This document shows, piece after piece, positions 24,683 to 37,873 of a DNA stretch of 64,000 nucleotides (the first letter of the stretch is position 1; each line of letters opens with the position of its first letter). The notes under the pieces were generated by a model. It did no database searches and had not been told where the DNA came from. It was given only the letters and a program-made list of their open reading frames with translations. Source of the DNA: Leucoraja erinacea (Eukaryota). The stretch is from NCBI RefSeq assembly GCF_028641065.1, contig NC_073399.1, positions 4,774,001-4,838,000 on the forward strand, in the 5' to 3' direction. The position numbers and the translations under genes were made by a program.

Positions 24683-25039
24683 CATTACTCCACAATTTGA
24701 GATTTGTAATAGAAAAAAAAAAATCACATGTGGTTAAAGTGCACATTGTCAGATTTAGACATTTTGGTTTCACCATGTAGAAATGACAGCAATGTTTATA
24801 CATAGTCCCCCATTTAACTCGTAGTGCAGTGGAGTGGGGTTGCTATTTAGTTACAGGTAGTCGAGGGCAGCTGTATAAGAGTTTACATGAACTTTTTGAT
24901 TGGCTCATTGGAGTTTTCAGGACCAAGGAAAACCGACCCGTAAGAAATGTCCGCTAAACTTTATTAGACTTCTTTAAAATATCTCCACTCCCCCCCCCCC
25001 CCACCCACCCCCCCCACCCCCCTTCTCCCCCACTTCTAA

Positions 25040-26148
25040 GAGCACGGTGGCCTCTGTTATTCTTAAATGGAAGAACTTTGGAACCACCAGGACTCTTCAT
25101 GGAGCTGGCCGCCCGGCCAAACTGAGCAATCGGGGGAGAAAGGCCTTGGTCAGGGAGGTGACCAAGAACCCGATGGTCACTCTGACAGAGCTCCAGAGTT
25201 CCTCTGTGGAGATGGGAGAACCTTCCAGAAGGACAACTTTATCTGAAGCAGTCCACCAATCAGGCATTTATGGTAGAGTGGCCAGACGGAAGCCACTCCT
25301 CAGTAAAAGGCACATGACAGCCCGCTTGGAGTTTGCCAAAAGGCATGAGAAACAAGATTCTCTGCTGATGAAACTAAGATTGAATTATTTATCCTGAATG
25401 CCAAGCGTCACGTCTGGAGGAAACCAGGCACCGCTCATCACCTGGCCAATACCATACTTACGCTGAAGCATGATGGTGGCAGCATCGTGCTGTGGGGATG
25501 TTTTTCAGCGGCAGGAACTGGGAGACTAGTCAGGATCGACGGAAAGATGAACGGAGCAAAGTACAGAGAGATCCTTGATGAAAACCTGTTCCAGAGCGTT
25601 CTGGACCTCAGACTGGGGTGGAGGTTCACCTTCCAACAGGACAACGACTCTAAGCACACAGCCAAGACAACGCAGGAGTGGCTTTGTGAGAAAGTCTGTG
25701 AATGTCCTTGAGTGGCCCAGCCAGAGCCCGGTCTTGAACCCGATTGAACATATCTGGAGGGACCTGAAAATAGCTGTGCATCGACACTCCCCATCCAACC
25801 TGACAGAGCTTGAGGGTCTGCAGGGAAGAATGTGAGAAATCACCCAAATACAGGTGTGCCAAGCTTGTAGCGTCATACCCAAGAAGACTTGAGGCTGTAA
25901 TCGCTGCCAAAGGTGCCTCAACAAAGTACTGAGGTAAGGGTTTGTATACTTATGTAAATGTGATATTTCAGTTTCTTTTTAATTACTTTGCAAAAATTTC
26001 TAAACACCTGTTTTCGTTTCTTTATTCTGGGGTATTGTGTGTAGATTGATGATAAAAAAAAATGAATTTAATCCATTTTTAAATAAGTCTGTAACATAGC
26101 AAAGTGTGGGAAAAAGTGAAGGGGTCTGAATACATTCTGAATGCACTG
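25040..26148 (+). mobile_element. Tc1/mariner transposon, 5'-truncated, disrupted transposase with right TIR
   Basis: [65 protein letters not shown]; ends ...GAATGCACTG then TA. Confidence 0.92.
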
Positions 26149-26475
26149 TATTTTTGCATTTTGCTTTGAATTCAATGGCATATAAATTCACTCAACAACT
26201 ACAGCTGGCAATTATTTTTCAGGATCGCCCTTGACTGAAAATGTAATCTACCATTCCCACATCCTTTCACACAGATAGGTATCTCTTCAAATTCACTTCC
26301 CAGGCCCCTACCCTTGACCTGGCAAGTTGACCTCCACACTTGCTTTAGGACCAAAATATAATATGTTGGAGGAACCGATCCAGATGGCAAGGTGGCAAAT
26401 TGCTTACTGGGAACACTTTAGCTGGAAATTACTTTTAATTCATTTTTAATATAAATTTACCAAAGGTCATGGGGG

Positions 26476-27308
26476 AGATGTGTATATCACTGGATAATAG
26501 GTGTATATATCACTGGATAATAGATGTATATATCACTGGATAACAGATGTGTATATCACTGGATAACAGATGTATATATCACTGGATAACAGATGTGTAT
26601 ATCACTGGATAGCAGATGTGTATATCACTGGATAACAGGTGTATATATCACTGGATAACAGATGTGTATATCACTGGATAGCAGATGTGTATATCACTGG
26701 ATAATAGATGTATATATCACTGGATAGCAGATGTGTATATCACTGGATAACAGATGTGTATATCACTGGATAGCAGATGTGTATATCACTGGATAATAGA
26801 TGTATATATCACTGGATAACAGATGTGTATATCACTGGATAACAGATGTGTATATCACTGGATAACAGGTGTGTATATCACTGGATAATAGATGTATATA
26901 TCACTGGATAACAGATGTATATATCACTGGATAACAGATGTGTATATCACTGGATAACAGGTGTATATATCACTGGATAACAGATGTATATATCACTGGA
27001 TAACAGGTGTATATATATCACTGGATAACAGGTGTATATATCACTGGATAACAGGTGTATATCACTGGATAACAGGTGTGTATATCACTGGATAACAGAT
27101 GTGTATATCACTGGATAACAGATGTATATATCACTGGATAACAGATGTATATATCACTGGATAACAGGTGTATATATATCACTGGATAACAGGTGTATAT
27201 ATCACTGGATAACAGGTGTATATATCACTGGATAACAGATGTGTATATCACTGGATAACAGATGTATATATCACTGGATAACAGATGTGTATATCACTGG
27301 ATAACAGA
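26476..27308. repeat. 23-bp minisatellite, about 36 copies
   Basis: AGATGTGTATATCACTGGATAAC with minor variants. Confidence 0.95.
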
Positions 27309-27611
27309 GTTAGGAGATGAAACATAAAATGGTTTGGTATGGATTTTTAATTCATTTAACAGTTTTCACTGAAATTTGATCTCATAAACAAAAATCTTTC
27401 GTCATAGCATTTCAACAGATTTACTCAAGAATTGTATCAATTTTGGGAAGGTTTGCCATGGCAATGTTCTCGTCTAGCTAGTCTTTTTTTTGCATTTTTC
27501 ATAGGCGGTTTATGTCTGTGATGACTGCCAGAATTATTACTTTTTCGTCACAAGCTGCTGAACCCGAAAAATCCGCTGGCGATCCTGATTTTTGTACCTC
27601 TCCATGGAATC

Positions 27612-28020
27612 CTAGGAATGAGTGGGTTAACATATGATGAGCGTTTGATGGCACTGGGCCTGTACTTGCTGGAGTTTTGAAGGATGAGGGGGAAGCTCAT
27701 TGAAACTTACCGAATAGTGAAAGGCTTGGATAGTGTGGATGTGGAGCGGATATTTCCACTGGTGGGAGAGTCTAGGGCTGGAGGTCATAGCTTCAGAATT
27801 CAAGGATGTTCCTTTAAGAAGGAGATGAGGAGGAATTTCTTTAGTCAACCTGGGGAATCCTTTGCCACAGAAGGCTGAGGAGGCCAAGTCAATGGATATT
27901 TTTAAGGCGTTATGGGGAGAAGGCAGGAGAATGGGGTTGCGAGGGAGAGATAGCTCAGCCATGATTGAATGGCAAAATAGACTTGATGGGCTGAATGGCC
28001 TATTTCAGCTCCTATCACTT
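27612..28020 (+). mobile_element. CR1 LINE 3' fragment
   Basis: MRGKLIETYRIVKGLDSVDVERIFPL. Confidence 0.8.
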
Positions 28021-29729
28021 GCGACCTTCTGGCTCCCAATTTTCAATTAAAAAACCTTCCGCACAAGGTTCCACTTACAGCTTTAATTTACATTATTAAT
28101 GTATACATTTTTGGGTTCGTTCATATGATGTCATATCCACAGCGCAAAAGGCCATTACCTCAGTTCCCCCACATTCTCCAGTTCTTCAATGCATTAGAAG
28201 CAAACTCCTGTTAAAGATGGCACTCACCAGTTTAGTGAACACATTAAATCTAAACTTCTTGTACCAATGTGGTCATCGCAAGAGTGAAACACTGCCCTGT
28301 CAGGACTAGTTAGATATGAACAAAGATAAAATGTCAATTGAAATAAATCTTTTCAGCACTAAAATAAATATACCAGAATTTCAAATTTCCTTTCACATCC
28401 GTGCAAGAAATCCTGGCTGGGAAATAACTTTCACGGAAATGGGGATTCCAGGACAATATCCCGAGCATCAAGATGTATTATTCTAAACATTAAATTCTAA
28501 ATAAATTAGGTACACAGTACAATCATTAATCAAGGGAGAGTTGCTGCACATGTTCTTTCCGTGAAGTGTGTAGCAAGGAACTGCAGATGCTGGTTTAAGC
28601 TGAAGATAGATATAAAAACCTGGAGTAACTCAGCAGGGCAGACTCTGGAGAAAAGGAACACGTGACTTTTCGGGTCGAGTCCCTTCGCAGACCTTAACAT
28701 TTTAGGTCAAGGCCTTTCTTCAGACTGAAGAAGGGTCTCAACCCGAAATGTCACCTCTTCCTTCTATCCAGAGATGCTGTCTGACCCGTTGAGTTCCTCC
28801 TGCTTTTTGTGTCTATCTTCTTACTATGAAGATAGTTTATAGAGGCATTTACTCCCAGGACTGCCAAATAATGATTTCACTAACAGCAGCTTCTCAAGTC
28901 AGTTTTATTATTTTGCGGTCTGCATCTTAATCAGGTCCTTCATCCTGTTTCATTTTGTTGGCCATCTCACTGATTCTTGGAACTGATGGTGGTCTTCAGG
29001 TAACAACCTTTATTTTGAGTATGGAAATTGCTGAACACCATCTGAAGCAAGACATGGGAGTGCCATCTCCCCCATCAAAACACGGGAGTTCCTAATGTGA
29101 ACTGGATTAGTTGTTGAACATGGTTGAGGATTTCCAAGGGCTAGGATAGCAAAGTCATTCTGACTGTGTTGCAGGTTTCTAGGTGGGCTAAGCAATGGCA
29201 GAGGTGAGGGGCAAACCAAGAGGCGAGGGGCGGAGATGGCAACAGCTTTGGGTAACCCGTTTCAGGCATAAAACCAAATACCCGATTGAAAAACTGAAAG
29301 GTACCAGAAACCAAAAGACAGACTCCTATGGTGCATGTTTATCTCATAATATTCCTCTCAAATATTTAATTATTTGCCTTACACATTTAGAGCAACTGAA
29401 GAACGGATGTGCTCCTTCAGTCCGTATTTGCAGGAAGCAGAGATGCTGGAAAGACCATGCTGCAATATGAAGAAGGGTGGGAGTGGATGAAGATGTCTTA
29501 GCGTGTGGGTACTGAACAATGCACATGTGGACTGCAGAGTAATGTTCAAAATCAAAATAAAAATACAAATATAATCAGATCAAACTGCATATTTTCAGCC
29601 CGTTCACAATAATTCTGTACAATAATCTCATCTATGCAACAATGTAAAACTGGTTCAATATTTTCTCAAATGTAGAAGATTGGCTTTGCCAACAGCATGG
29701 CGTTCCAGGATTTCATCACCAGCAGTATC

Positions 29730-29996
29730 TCAAGTCAGTTTTACTCTTTTGTGGACTGCATCTTGATCAGAGCCCTCCAGCTCCCGTTTCATTTCATCAG
29801 CCGTCTCACTGATCCTCGGAACTGAAGACTGCCCCCGAGTCCCTGGTCCATTTGTGCTGAAAGAGCCGTGGACCTCCTTCAACTGTCGAAGCTCTCGCTT
29901 CTCACGCCGTTCCTCCATCTCTTCAATCTCATCCGCAAATAGGGTTTTCAGAGATGGAATGAGTTTAGGCACCACCTTGAAGTCACCAAACCGAAC
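29730..29996 (-). CDS. ELAC2: ELAC2 last coding exon (24)
   Basis: cccAG|[37 protein letters not shown]...AVHKRVKLT-stop; basic C-terminal KRVK resembles an NLS. Confidence 0.92.
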   Translation of the reverse strand, partial: VRFGDFKVVPKLIPSLKTLFADEIEEMEERREKRELRQLKEVHGSFSTNGPGTRGQSSVPRISETADEMKRELEGSDQDAVHKRVKLT

Positions 29997-30485
29997 CTGG
30001 GTGGAAATGGTTTAGTTTTTTTTTACAGGAAGTAGTGTACTGTGTTGAAATCTCATTATTACAACAGTGTATCACTGCTTGGAACAGACGGCTGTACCAA
30101 ACAGATATTCAGTGCATGGAGTTCAAGTTCATTCCTTACGTTTAGTTCAGCTGATGGCAATGGAACCCAACAACAATGGCAAAAGAAAATTCTCGCAATC
30201 ACTCGCAACTAACATTGAAAGTCAAATCTACCTCACGTCTTGGTCAAACTACAAATGCCAGCTACACAAAGTGCTGGAGAAACTCAGCAGGTCAGGCTGC
30301 ATCTTTGGGTAACATGGATAGGTTAGATAGGTCACTCCCTCACTTATTGTAAGGGGGGGGGGAGGGGGGAGTTGGAAGGGGGGGGGGGGGATGGACTGGA
30401 CAAAACCAGGCAGGTAATAGGTTGGTACAAGTGAGGAGGGCTTCTTGATAGGCAAATGTAGATAGACAAAGGCCAGAGATGAGGT

Positions 30486-30878
30486 TAGAAGATTGAGGGG
30501 GGGATCTTATAGAAACTTACACAATTCTTAAGGGGTTGGACAGGCTAGATGCAGGACGATTGTTCCCAATGTTGGGGAAGTCCAGAACAAGGGGTCACAG
30601 TTTAAGGATAAGGAGGAAATCTTTTAGGACCGAGATGAGAAAAACATTTTTCACACACAGAGAGTGGTGAATCTCTGGAATTCTCTGCCACAGAAAGTAG
30701 TTGAGGCCACAGTTCATTGGCTATATTTAAGAGGGAGTTAGATGTGGCCCTTGTGGCTAAAGCGATCAGGGGGTATGGAGAGAAGGCAGGGATGGGATAC
30801 CGAGTTAGATGATCAGCCATCAGTGCAGGCTCGAAGGGCCAAATGACCTACTCCTGCATCTATTTTCTATGTTTCTAT
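30486..30878 (+). mobile_element. CR1 LINE 3' end
   Basis: Similarity to other CR1 copies in the window. Confidence 0.85.
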
Positions 30879-31602
30879 GAAAAGAGACAATATGCACGTC
30901 AAAAGAATTGAAGAGTGGCGAATTGTGAAGCTAGAGGAAAGTATGTAGATGAGAATGGAGGTGGGGCGGGGGGGTCAGTATGTGGGGGTAGAAAGGAGTA
31001 GAGGACGGTTATGTAGCTACCTACAATTGGAGGATTCAATGTCCATACCCAACTTACCCAAGCAAAATATGAGGCATTGTTCATTCAGTTTGCACATGAG
31101 GAAGCCCAGGATAGGAAGGTCAGTATGGGAATGGGAAGAGGAGTTAAAATGGTTAGCAACTGGAAGATCAAGCAGGCCTTGGCAGACCTAGCTCAAGTGT
31201 TTAGCAAAATGGTCGCCAGGTCTATCCCTGGTCTCGCCAAGGTATTGGAAGCCACATCAGGAGCGGCAGATCCTGTAGATGAGGTTACACGTGGGGGGGC
31301 ACATAAACCTCTGTCTCACCTGGAACAACCCAACCCAATAGTATCAACATTGAACCGCATGTAAACTGGAGGAACAGCACCTCATATTTCACTTGGGTAG
31401 CCTTCTTCAAATGTTTGGACAAAGGCCAAGTTATTAGGGAATGTTCACGGTCCAAGCAACTTTGTGGCTGTAAAGAAGTCAGACGTGGCTGGCAATATTG
31501 TGGATGCAAGCCAATCATCATCTGTCAAAGGTTTGCCCTGTGAATTATTTTTCTCTCTGTGTTTGTGAAGTGATTTCTCCTCAAATGGGAAACAGTACGT
31601 AC

Positions 31603-31747
31603 CCTCATATGGTCAAATGCTATTCCAACTTTTTCATTGAAGTCCGCACTGAACAGGGGGATCTTTGCATATCTCTGGCTGAAATGGTTTAACATTATGA
31701 ATTCTGCATTCATCTTCATGCCCACATCAATGGCTTGAGAGGTTGTG
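31603..31747 (-). CDS. ELAC2: ELAC2 exon 23 (145 bp)
   Basis: [31 protein letters not shown]...AFDHMR; RNase Z motif V; AG/GT boundaries. Confidence 0.95.
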
Positions 31748-33398
31748 CTGTTGCAAAGAGACATCAAACAAAATTGTTTAAATACAACTTTAACAAGTGA
31801 TTTTGGAAAGTCTTGTACAAATACTGACAGAGCATCACAAGAAGATGTGGGCAAAGGTAGCGCAAAATTCTCGGTGAATAAGTGCTCGAGAAATTTTCAA
31901 TACTCTATAGTGAAAATGGTGTGGGGGAGGGTTCCCCATGGCAGGGCTTAATCATTACAATTGAAACAGAAAACAGTGAGCATACTCATCATGGCAAGTG
32001 GCATCTGTGACAAGAGAAACAAAGTTAACATTTCACAATCAAGAGCTCAAAACCCTTTACATTCATTGTGTCTGTCCAGCAAAGTTTCTTCAACCTGAAA
32101 TATTAAGACCAAGAAAACAATTGCAAAACTCAGAAGATAACCAATTTACAATTACTGGTGTAGCAGTTCCCCCTCTCTCACTACAGATGCTACTTGATCT
32201 ACTGAGTATTTCTGGTAGTGCGCTAAGAATTGATTGGACCCATTTCAATGCAGATGTGCAGCCTGGGTTTTGGAGGTCCAGAATCTTTGCTAAAGTTCGA
32301 TAATCGAGCTTGATTGAAAGTATCATTTCTCAGCTTGCTGGATGGGAAGTTAAAGGCTGGCCCTTTAAGTGTCACTCGAGAAGGCCGCTGCCCCTTTGGT
32401 AAAGGCCCACACCATTCGTAAGTAGAATATTCCCAAGACAAAACTCCACAAAAGGCATCAACAAAATGTTCCAGGCCAACTGTCACGGCTGCACACACCC
32501 AGCGATCTCACGCGCGTGTGTCTGGAGCACAAAGATAAGTGTTTTCCTCAGCTTGCTTGATGCACGCAACAGACACAATCAGATCTAGCAGATGAGCTAG
32601 ACAGTTCTTTTAATCACTCCGACTTATAGGCCTGCAGCCTCCTGTGAGGTCCAATGCAACCTTGAGCATGCCACATCATCTTCTAACTGGGCACATTGTA
32701 GCCTTCTGGACTTCAAGCCCTGTCCCAAGTTGAGAGTTCTTTCAAGTGCTCTCCCGAGTTTAAAAAAAATCAAACAAGCGCGGAGAATGAACGTAGCGGG
32801 TACGTCGGAGCTCGGGGACGTCTCTTGCCGGCTGGTACCACTAATGGCAGGTACTCGGGAAAACTCGTTAACGGCAGGTAAGACTCGTGAAGATTTTTCA
32901 ACACATTGAAAAATGTCCACGAGAGCCCCGAGTACCGACGAGTGGCCATTACCGTAAATCTCCGAGTTCGAATCAGGGCAAACTCGGGAGAACGCTTGGA
33001 ATGAACTCGCTCCGTGGGACAGGGCTATTAATATCGAATACCACAACTTCCGTCAATTTGCTTCAGTTAGACTTCCGCTAAATCTAACTCTCTCTTGTAT
33101 ACATCCAGTGAATTGGTCTCCACTGCGTCCTATGGCAGAGAATTCCACAGATTCACAACTCGCTGAGTGAAAACGTTTTTCCTTGTCTCATAAATGGCCT
33201 ACCCCTTATTCTCAAACTGTGACCCCTGGTTCTGGACTCCCCGAACATCGGGAACATGTTTCCTGCATCTAGCCTGTCCAATCCCTTAAAGTGGTAATAG
33301 TTCCTCCGGGATGAAATGGATAGGTTCAGAAATCTAGTGATCGTTTTTGAGGATTTTATAGGTTAAAAGGTAATGTAGCATCAGAGTTTGGCCATTAC

Positions 33399-33477
33399 CT
33401 GTGTGTTTTCTCAATAGCTTCTTCCTCAAGTCCATCTTCCAGTGTAGCCTCGTGAATCAGCAGGTTGGCATTCTGCC
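33399..33477 (-). CDS. ELAC2: ELAC2 exon 22 (79 bp)
   Basis: GQNANLLIHEATLEDGLEEEAIEKTH (HEAT and HST motifs). Confidence 0.95.
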
Positions 33478-34399
33478 CTGTTCAGTAAAAAGACAGTTCA
33501 AGTGGGAAACTGCACTGCCCTTTAAATCTAAAGATATATTTGTATTCCATTTGTTAGTGTAAATAAATGCAGTTCAATATTTGACAGTAGTTTGCCAAAA
33601 TTCCAGACATTCGAAATGCCTCATTGAGCAGATTTATCAGCTGCTGAGAGTGAAGATTGGAGCACAACCGCCAGCAACTGCCCACCATCCCGGCCACTTG
33701 GACTGAGCCACATGTTGCCAAGACCCTCACTGGAGGCTGGTTCCTGGACAAAGTACAAATTTTGCATCTATACCAACCTAATTAACTTACAAACCCGTAC
33801 ATCCTTGATGTAACATCTCGGAGAAAACCCACGCGGTCACGGGGAGGATATACAAACTCCGGACAAACAGCACCCGTGGCTGGGATCGAACCCGGGTCTC
33901 TAAGCTTATTTGGAGGCTATAATGTTTAATAGTCTGTTGGTTCTCGGGAAGAAGCTGCTCCTTAACTTGGACATTACAATGTTCGGGTTCCTATACCTCA
34001 TTCCCGATGGTAAGAGTGAAATGAGAGTGTGGCCAGGGTTTTGTGGGTCTTTGATGATGCTGGCTGCCCTTTTCGAGGCGGCGACTCCAGCAGATTTCTT
34101 TGATGGTGGGGATGTCAGGACCCTTAGTCAGTCCTTCAAGAATACCCCCTTTTTCTTAGGCAGTCCTGCGGGATCAAGAATGACTTGCTTGACTCAGGAT
34201 TTTCGTTTTGGTGGTTATTAATGAAGCCGATGCAGAAAGCACAGACACTTCCACAGATGTGGTGAGAGGTTGCTGACAAGGTGGATGGGTGGGTGGGTAG
34301 CTTTAGAGGTGGTTAGGCTTAGGATTGGTTTCCAAAATGCATCCCCCAAGCTAATGATACTAATGTGATCTAACCAGTCCATCTACAGGGTCTTGGTGA

Positions 34400-34980
34400 G
34401 TACAGGGTCTTGGTGAGACCACATCTGGAGTATTGCGTACAGTTTTGGTCTCCTAATCTGAGGAAAGACATTCTTGCCATAGAGGGAGTACAGAGAAGGC
34501 TCACCAGACTGATTCCTGGGATGTCAGGACTTTCATATGAAGAAAGGCAAGATAGACTCGGTTTGTACTCGCTAGAATTTAGAAGATTGAGGGGGGATCC
34601 CTCAATCTTGAATTACAAAATTCTTAAGGGGTTGGACAGGCTAGATGCAGGAAGATTGTTCCCGATGTTGGGGAAGTCCAGAACAAGGGGTCACAGTTTA
34701 AGGATAAGGGGGAAGTCTTTTAGGACCGAGATGAGGAAAACATTTTTCACACAGAGAGTGGTGAATCTCTGGAATTCTCTGCCATAGAAGGTAGTTGAGG
34801 CCAGTTCATTGGCTATATTTAAGAGGGAGTTAGATGTGGCCCTTGTGGCTAAAGGGATCAGGGGGTATGGAGAGAAGGCAGGTACAGGATACTGAGTTGG
34901 ATGATCAGCCATGATCATATTGAATGGCGGTGCAGGCTCGAAGGGCCGAATGGCCTACTCCTGCACCTATTTTCTATGTA
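34400..34980 (+). mobile_element. CR1 LINE 3' end
   Basis: VRPHLEYCVQFWSPNLRKDILAIEGVQRR...TQRVVNLWNSLP. Confidence 0.9.
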
Positions 34981-35672
34981 TAGTCCTTGGATTGTCCTTG
35001 TTATCCATGCTTTCAAATTATTAACATATTCTAAAGCAGTGACGTTGACATTTATTTTTCAAGCAATCCACTTTCATTCATGATTCACCCAAATAGCCCG
35101 ATTGAATTAAGTAATTCTCTGATCTTTGATCTTAGACCAATTTCAAACATCCCATGACTCGTTTGAAATCAATGTTCCAAAGAACACTTACAGGCTATGT
35201 TATTCCTGGTGTCTGCAGCTAAATGATACATTTGGAGTTGGTTTCCATGTTTTACTGGCTTGTAACCATGTCATTGAAATTACCACAAGAGTCCAACAAA
35301 TGGACCTCACTTGTAGGATTTGTTGACAATCCAACAAGAGATTCAACAATCTCTTGACCATCTTAGACAGATACAATCTCAGATAGATGCAAGAATAACA
35401 TGGATAACGTTCAATGTTGGTGAGTTAAGGGTGCTGTTGTGGTCCCCGGAGTGACAGGAAAAGAGCGTGAATAGCCAACTCCTGTTCCTTCTAACTATAG
35501 AGAATTTAGAACAGAGACTCAAGAGACTGCAGATGCAGGATCCCTGATTAAAACAAGAGTGCCGGTGGAACCCAGCGGGCCAGGCAGCATCTGTAAAGGG
35601 GAATGGACAGATGACACCTCGTTCAGATTCGATGTTCTAATCCAATTTCATTGCATTCTCAAATTCACTGAC

Positions 35673-35793
35673 CTGTCTGAATGAGGTTTGTACAAGGCAT
35701 GGTATCTCCCGAGTACACAATTTTCCAGCCTGAATTGTGCTGTAGGATGCAGCCGAAGGCATTCCTGCAGTGTCGCACCACGCAGGTCTGAAA
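35673..35793 (-). CDS. ELAC2: ELAC2 exon 21 (121 bp)
   Basis: [34 protein letters not shown] (motifs III/IV). Confidence 0.95.
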
Positions 35794-36308
35794 CTGACAG
35801 ACACAAGCAGATAGAAGAAAATAGCACAATGTTAGTGTCCAGAACGCACTGTAGCGGATGCCAACGATCCAAACTAAAAACTCATCCAATTTCACCAACT
35901 TTATTTACAGTTTGACACAACACATCTGTAAACTGAATTCTTTATACAGAATTCAGCAGCCAAATGAGACAATAGATCTTAGCCCAAGATATTACCCACC
36001 GTTAAGAGATGGCTACAAGCATCAGATATTCTCAGTTGCAGATTCTAAAACCCACAACTTAATGAAGCACCAAATACTTTGATCAGATTAGAAAGTTACA
36101 AGTAATTCTTTCACTAAACTCAGTTTTCTTTGCACAGATGACGTTAGAGGGAATTAATGGGGACAATTGCCTTGCATTATTGTTATTGACCACTCATTCT
36201 GCTTGGATTAAATTAGCCTGAGCAACAACACAGAATCCCAAACAATTTTCTTTTGAATTACGGGATTTGAAGAGAAAATTGTGTGGACACCAAAACAAGA
36301 TGCCAATT

Positions 36309-36920
36309 TTGCAACCGCAAGAAATGCAACACCTGTCCCTTCACCTCCCCCTCGACTCTATTCAAGGACCCAAGCAGTCGTTCCAGGTGCGACAAAGGTT
36401 CACCTGTATCTCCTCCAACCTCATCTACTGCATCCGCTGCTCTAGATGCCAGCTGATTTACATCGGTGAGACTAAGCGGAGGTTGGGTGATCGTTTCGCC
36501 GAACACCTCCGCTCAGTCCGCAAGAACCAACCTGAACTCCCGGTGGCTCAGCATTTCAACTCCCCCTCCCATTCCCAATCCGACCTCTCTGTCCAGGGTC
36601 TCCTCCATTGCCAGAGTGAGCAACACCGGAAATTGGAGGAACAGCACCTCATATTCCGCCTGGGTAGCCTGCGGCCGGCGGGCATGAACATTGAATTCTC
36701 CCAATTTTGCTAGCCCTTGCTGTCTCCTCCCCTTCCTTAACCCTCGAGCTGTCTCCTCCCATCCCCCCGCCCTCGGGCTCCTCCTCCTCCCCTTTTTCCT
36801 TCCTTCTCCCCCCCACCCCCTATCAGTCTGAAGAAGGGTTTCTGCCCGAAACGTCACCTATTTCCTTCGCTCCATAGATACTGCTGCACCCGCTGAGTTT
36901 CTCCAGCATTTTTGTGTACC
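36309..36920 (+). mobile_element. Penelope-like element 3' end: GIY-YIG endonuclease plus hammerhead-bearing terminal repeat
   Basis: NLIYCIRCSRCQLIYIGETKRRLGDRFAEH...GMNIEF; TSD tgccaatt (36301-08 / 36921-28). Confidence 0.92.
36825..36858 (+). ncRNA. Minimal hammerhead ribozyme motif
   Basis: CUGAAGA-A-GGGU(UUCU)GCCC-GAAA-CGUC. Confidence 0.7.
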
Positions 36921-37135
36921 TGCCAATTCACTGTTGTCCATTTTGAGCTAACGAAGACCATTTTAACCCCCAGGAATGTTTCCTGTTTCAGCACATCTCA
37001 GTAGAAATACAACAGGAGAACAGTCAAACAGAGTCTGTACCCCGCAGGCTACTCCAATTCTCTTTAGTTAAAAAAAAAAAAAAAAAATAGTACCTAAGGC
37101 AGTCAACAGATTGACATGCCAAAATGTTCCTTTAC

Positions 37136-37235
37136 CTTTTCCAGTTCAAGCTTCTTTAACAAAGAGTGGATCAAGTCTTGAGTGTTGAACTTGGTAACTT
37201 TGCTACCTTCCACAAGATGCCATGCAGGAATGAGA
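37136..37235 (-). CDS. ELAC2: ELAC2 exon 20 (100 bp)
   Basis: ttcAG|T LIPAWHLVEGSKVTKFNTQDLIHSLLKKLELEK|GTaaag; phase consistent. Confidence 0.9.
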
Positions 37236-37579
37236 CTGAAAACACAAAGGTTCACCTGATGGTCAAGCACAGTCTAGTGACAGAACAAGACCCCTCACAA
37301 GACCCCTCACAAGACCCCTCCAGATCCAATGTCACACCCACCAGGCTCAGACTTCGTGAGCCCGCTAATCATGCCATTGTTCCTCATTACCCCACTTCCC
37401 ATTACGCACCATCAACATTCTTACCATGCAGAAATGAAGTCACCTCAACCGTGAACATTTCATTAAACTCTGTGTCGACAGACTTTTGTGGAGAGAAACT
37501 GAAGATTTAATTTACTCTTCCAAGAATGAAGTGCAGAGTCTTTGAATGGCCTGCAGCGGATGTGAGTATTTTAATGGGC

Positions 37580-37873
37580 TTAGTTCAGTTTAGTTTAGAG
37601 ATACAGCGTGGAAACAGCCCCTTTGGCCCACCGAACCCGCACCGACCAGCGATCCCCGCATATTAACACTATCCCACACACACTCGGGACAATTTACACT
37701 TATACCAAGCCAATTAATCTACAAACCCGTACGTCTTTGTAGTGTGGGAGGAAACCGAAGATCTCTGAGAAAATCCACGCGGTCATGGGGAGAATGTACA
37801 AACTCCCTACAGACAGCACCCGTAGTCGGGATCGAACCCGGGTCTCCACCGCTGCAAGCAGCAACTCTACCGT
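37580..37873 (-). mobile_element. HE1-like V-SINE
   Basis: Reverse complement of the same head, core and tail as 3703-4006. Confidence 0.85.

Noticed and set aside
26476-27308. CRISPR-like array
   Set aside because: Units are contiguous with no unique spacers, there are no cas genes and the context is eukaryotic
27451-27466. RFX X-box palindrome TTGCCATGGCAA
   Set aside because: Lacks the outer G/C of the consensus and lies about 8 kb from the dynein start; unsupported
28000-29729. Exact ELAC2 poly(A) site
   Set aside because: Several AATAAA/ATTAAA candidates on the minus strand (e.g. near 29010 and 28905); cannot choose without transcript data
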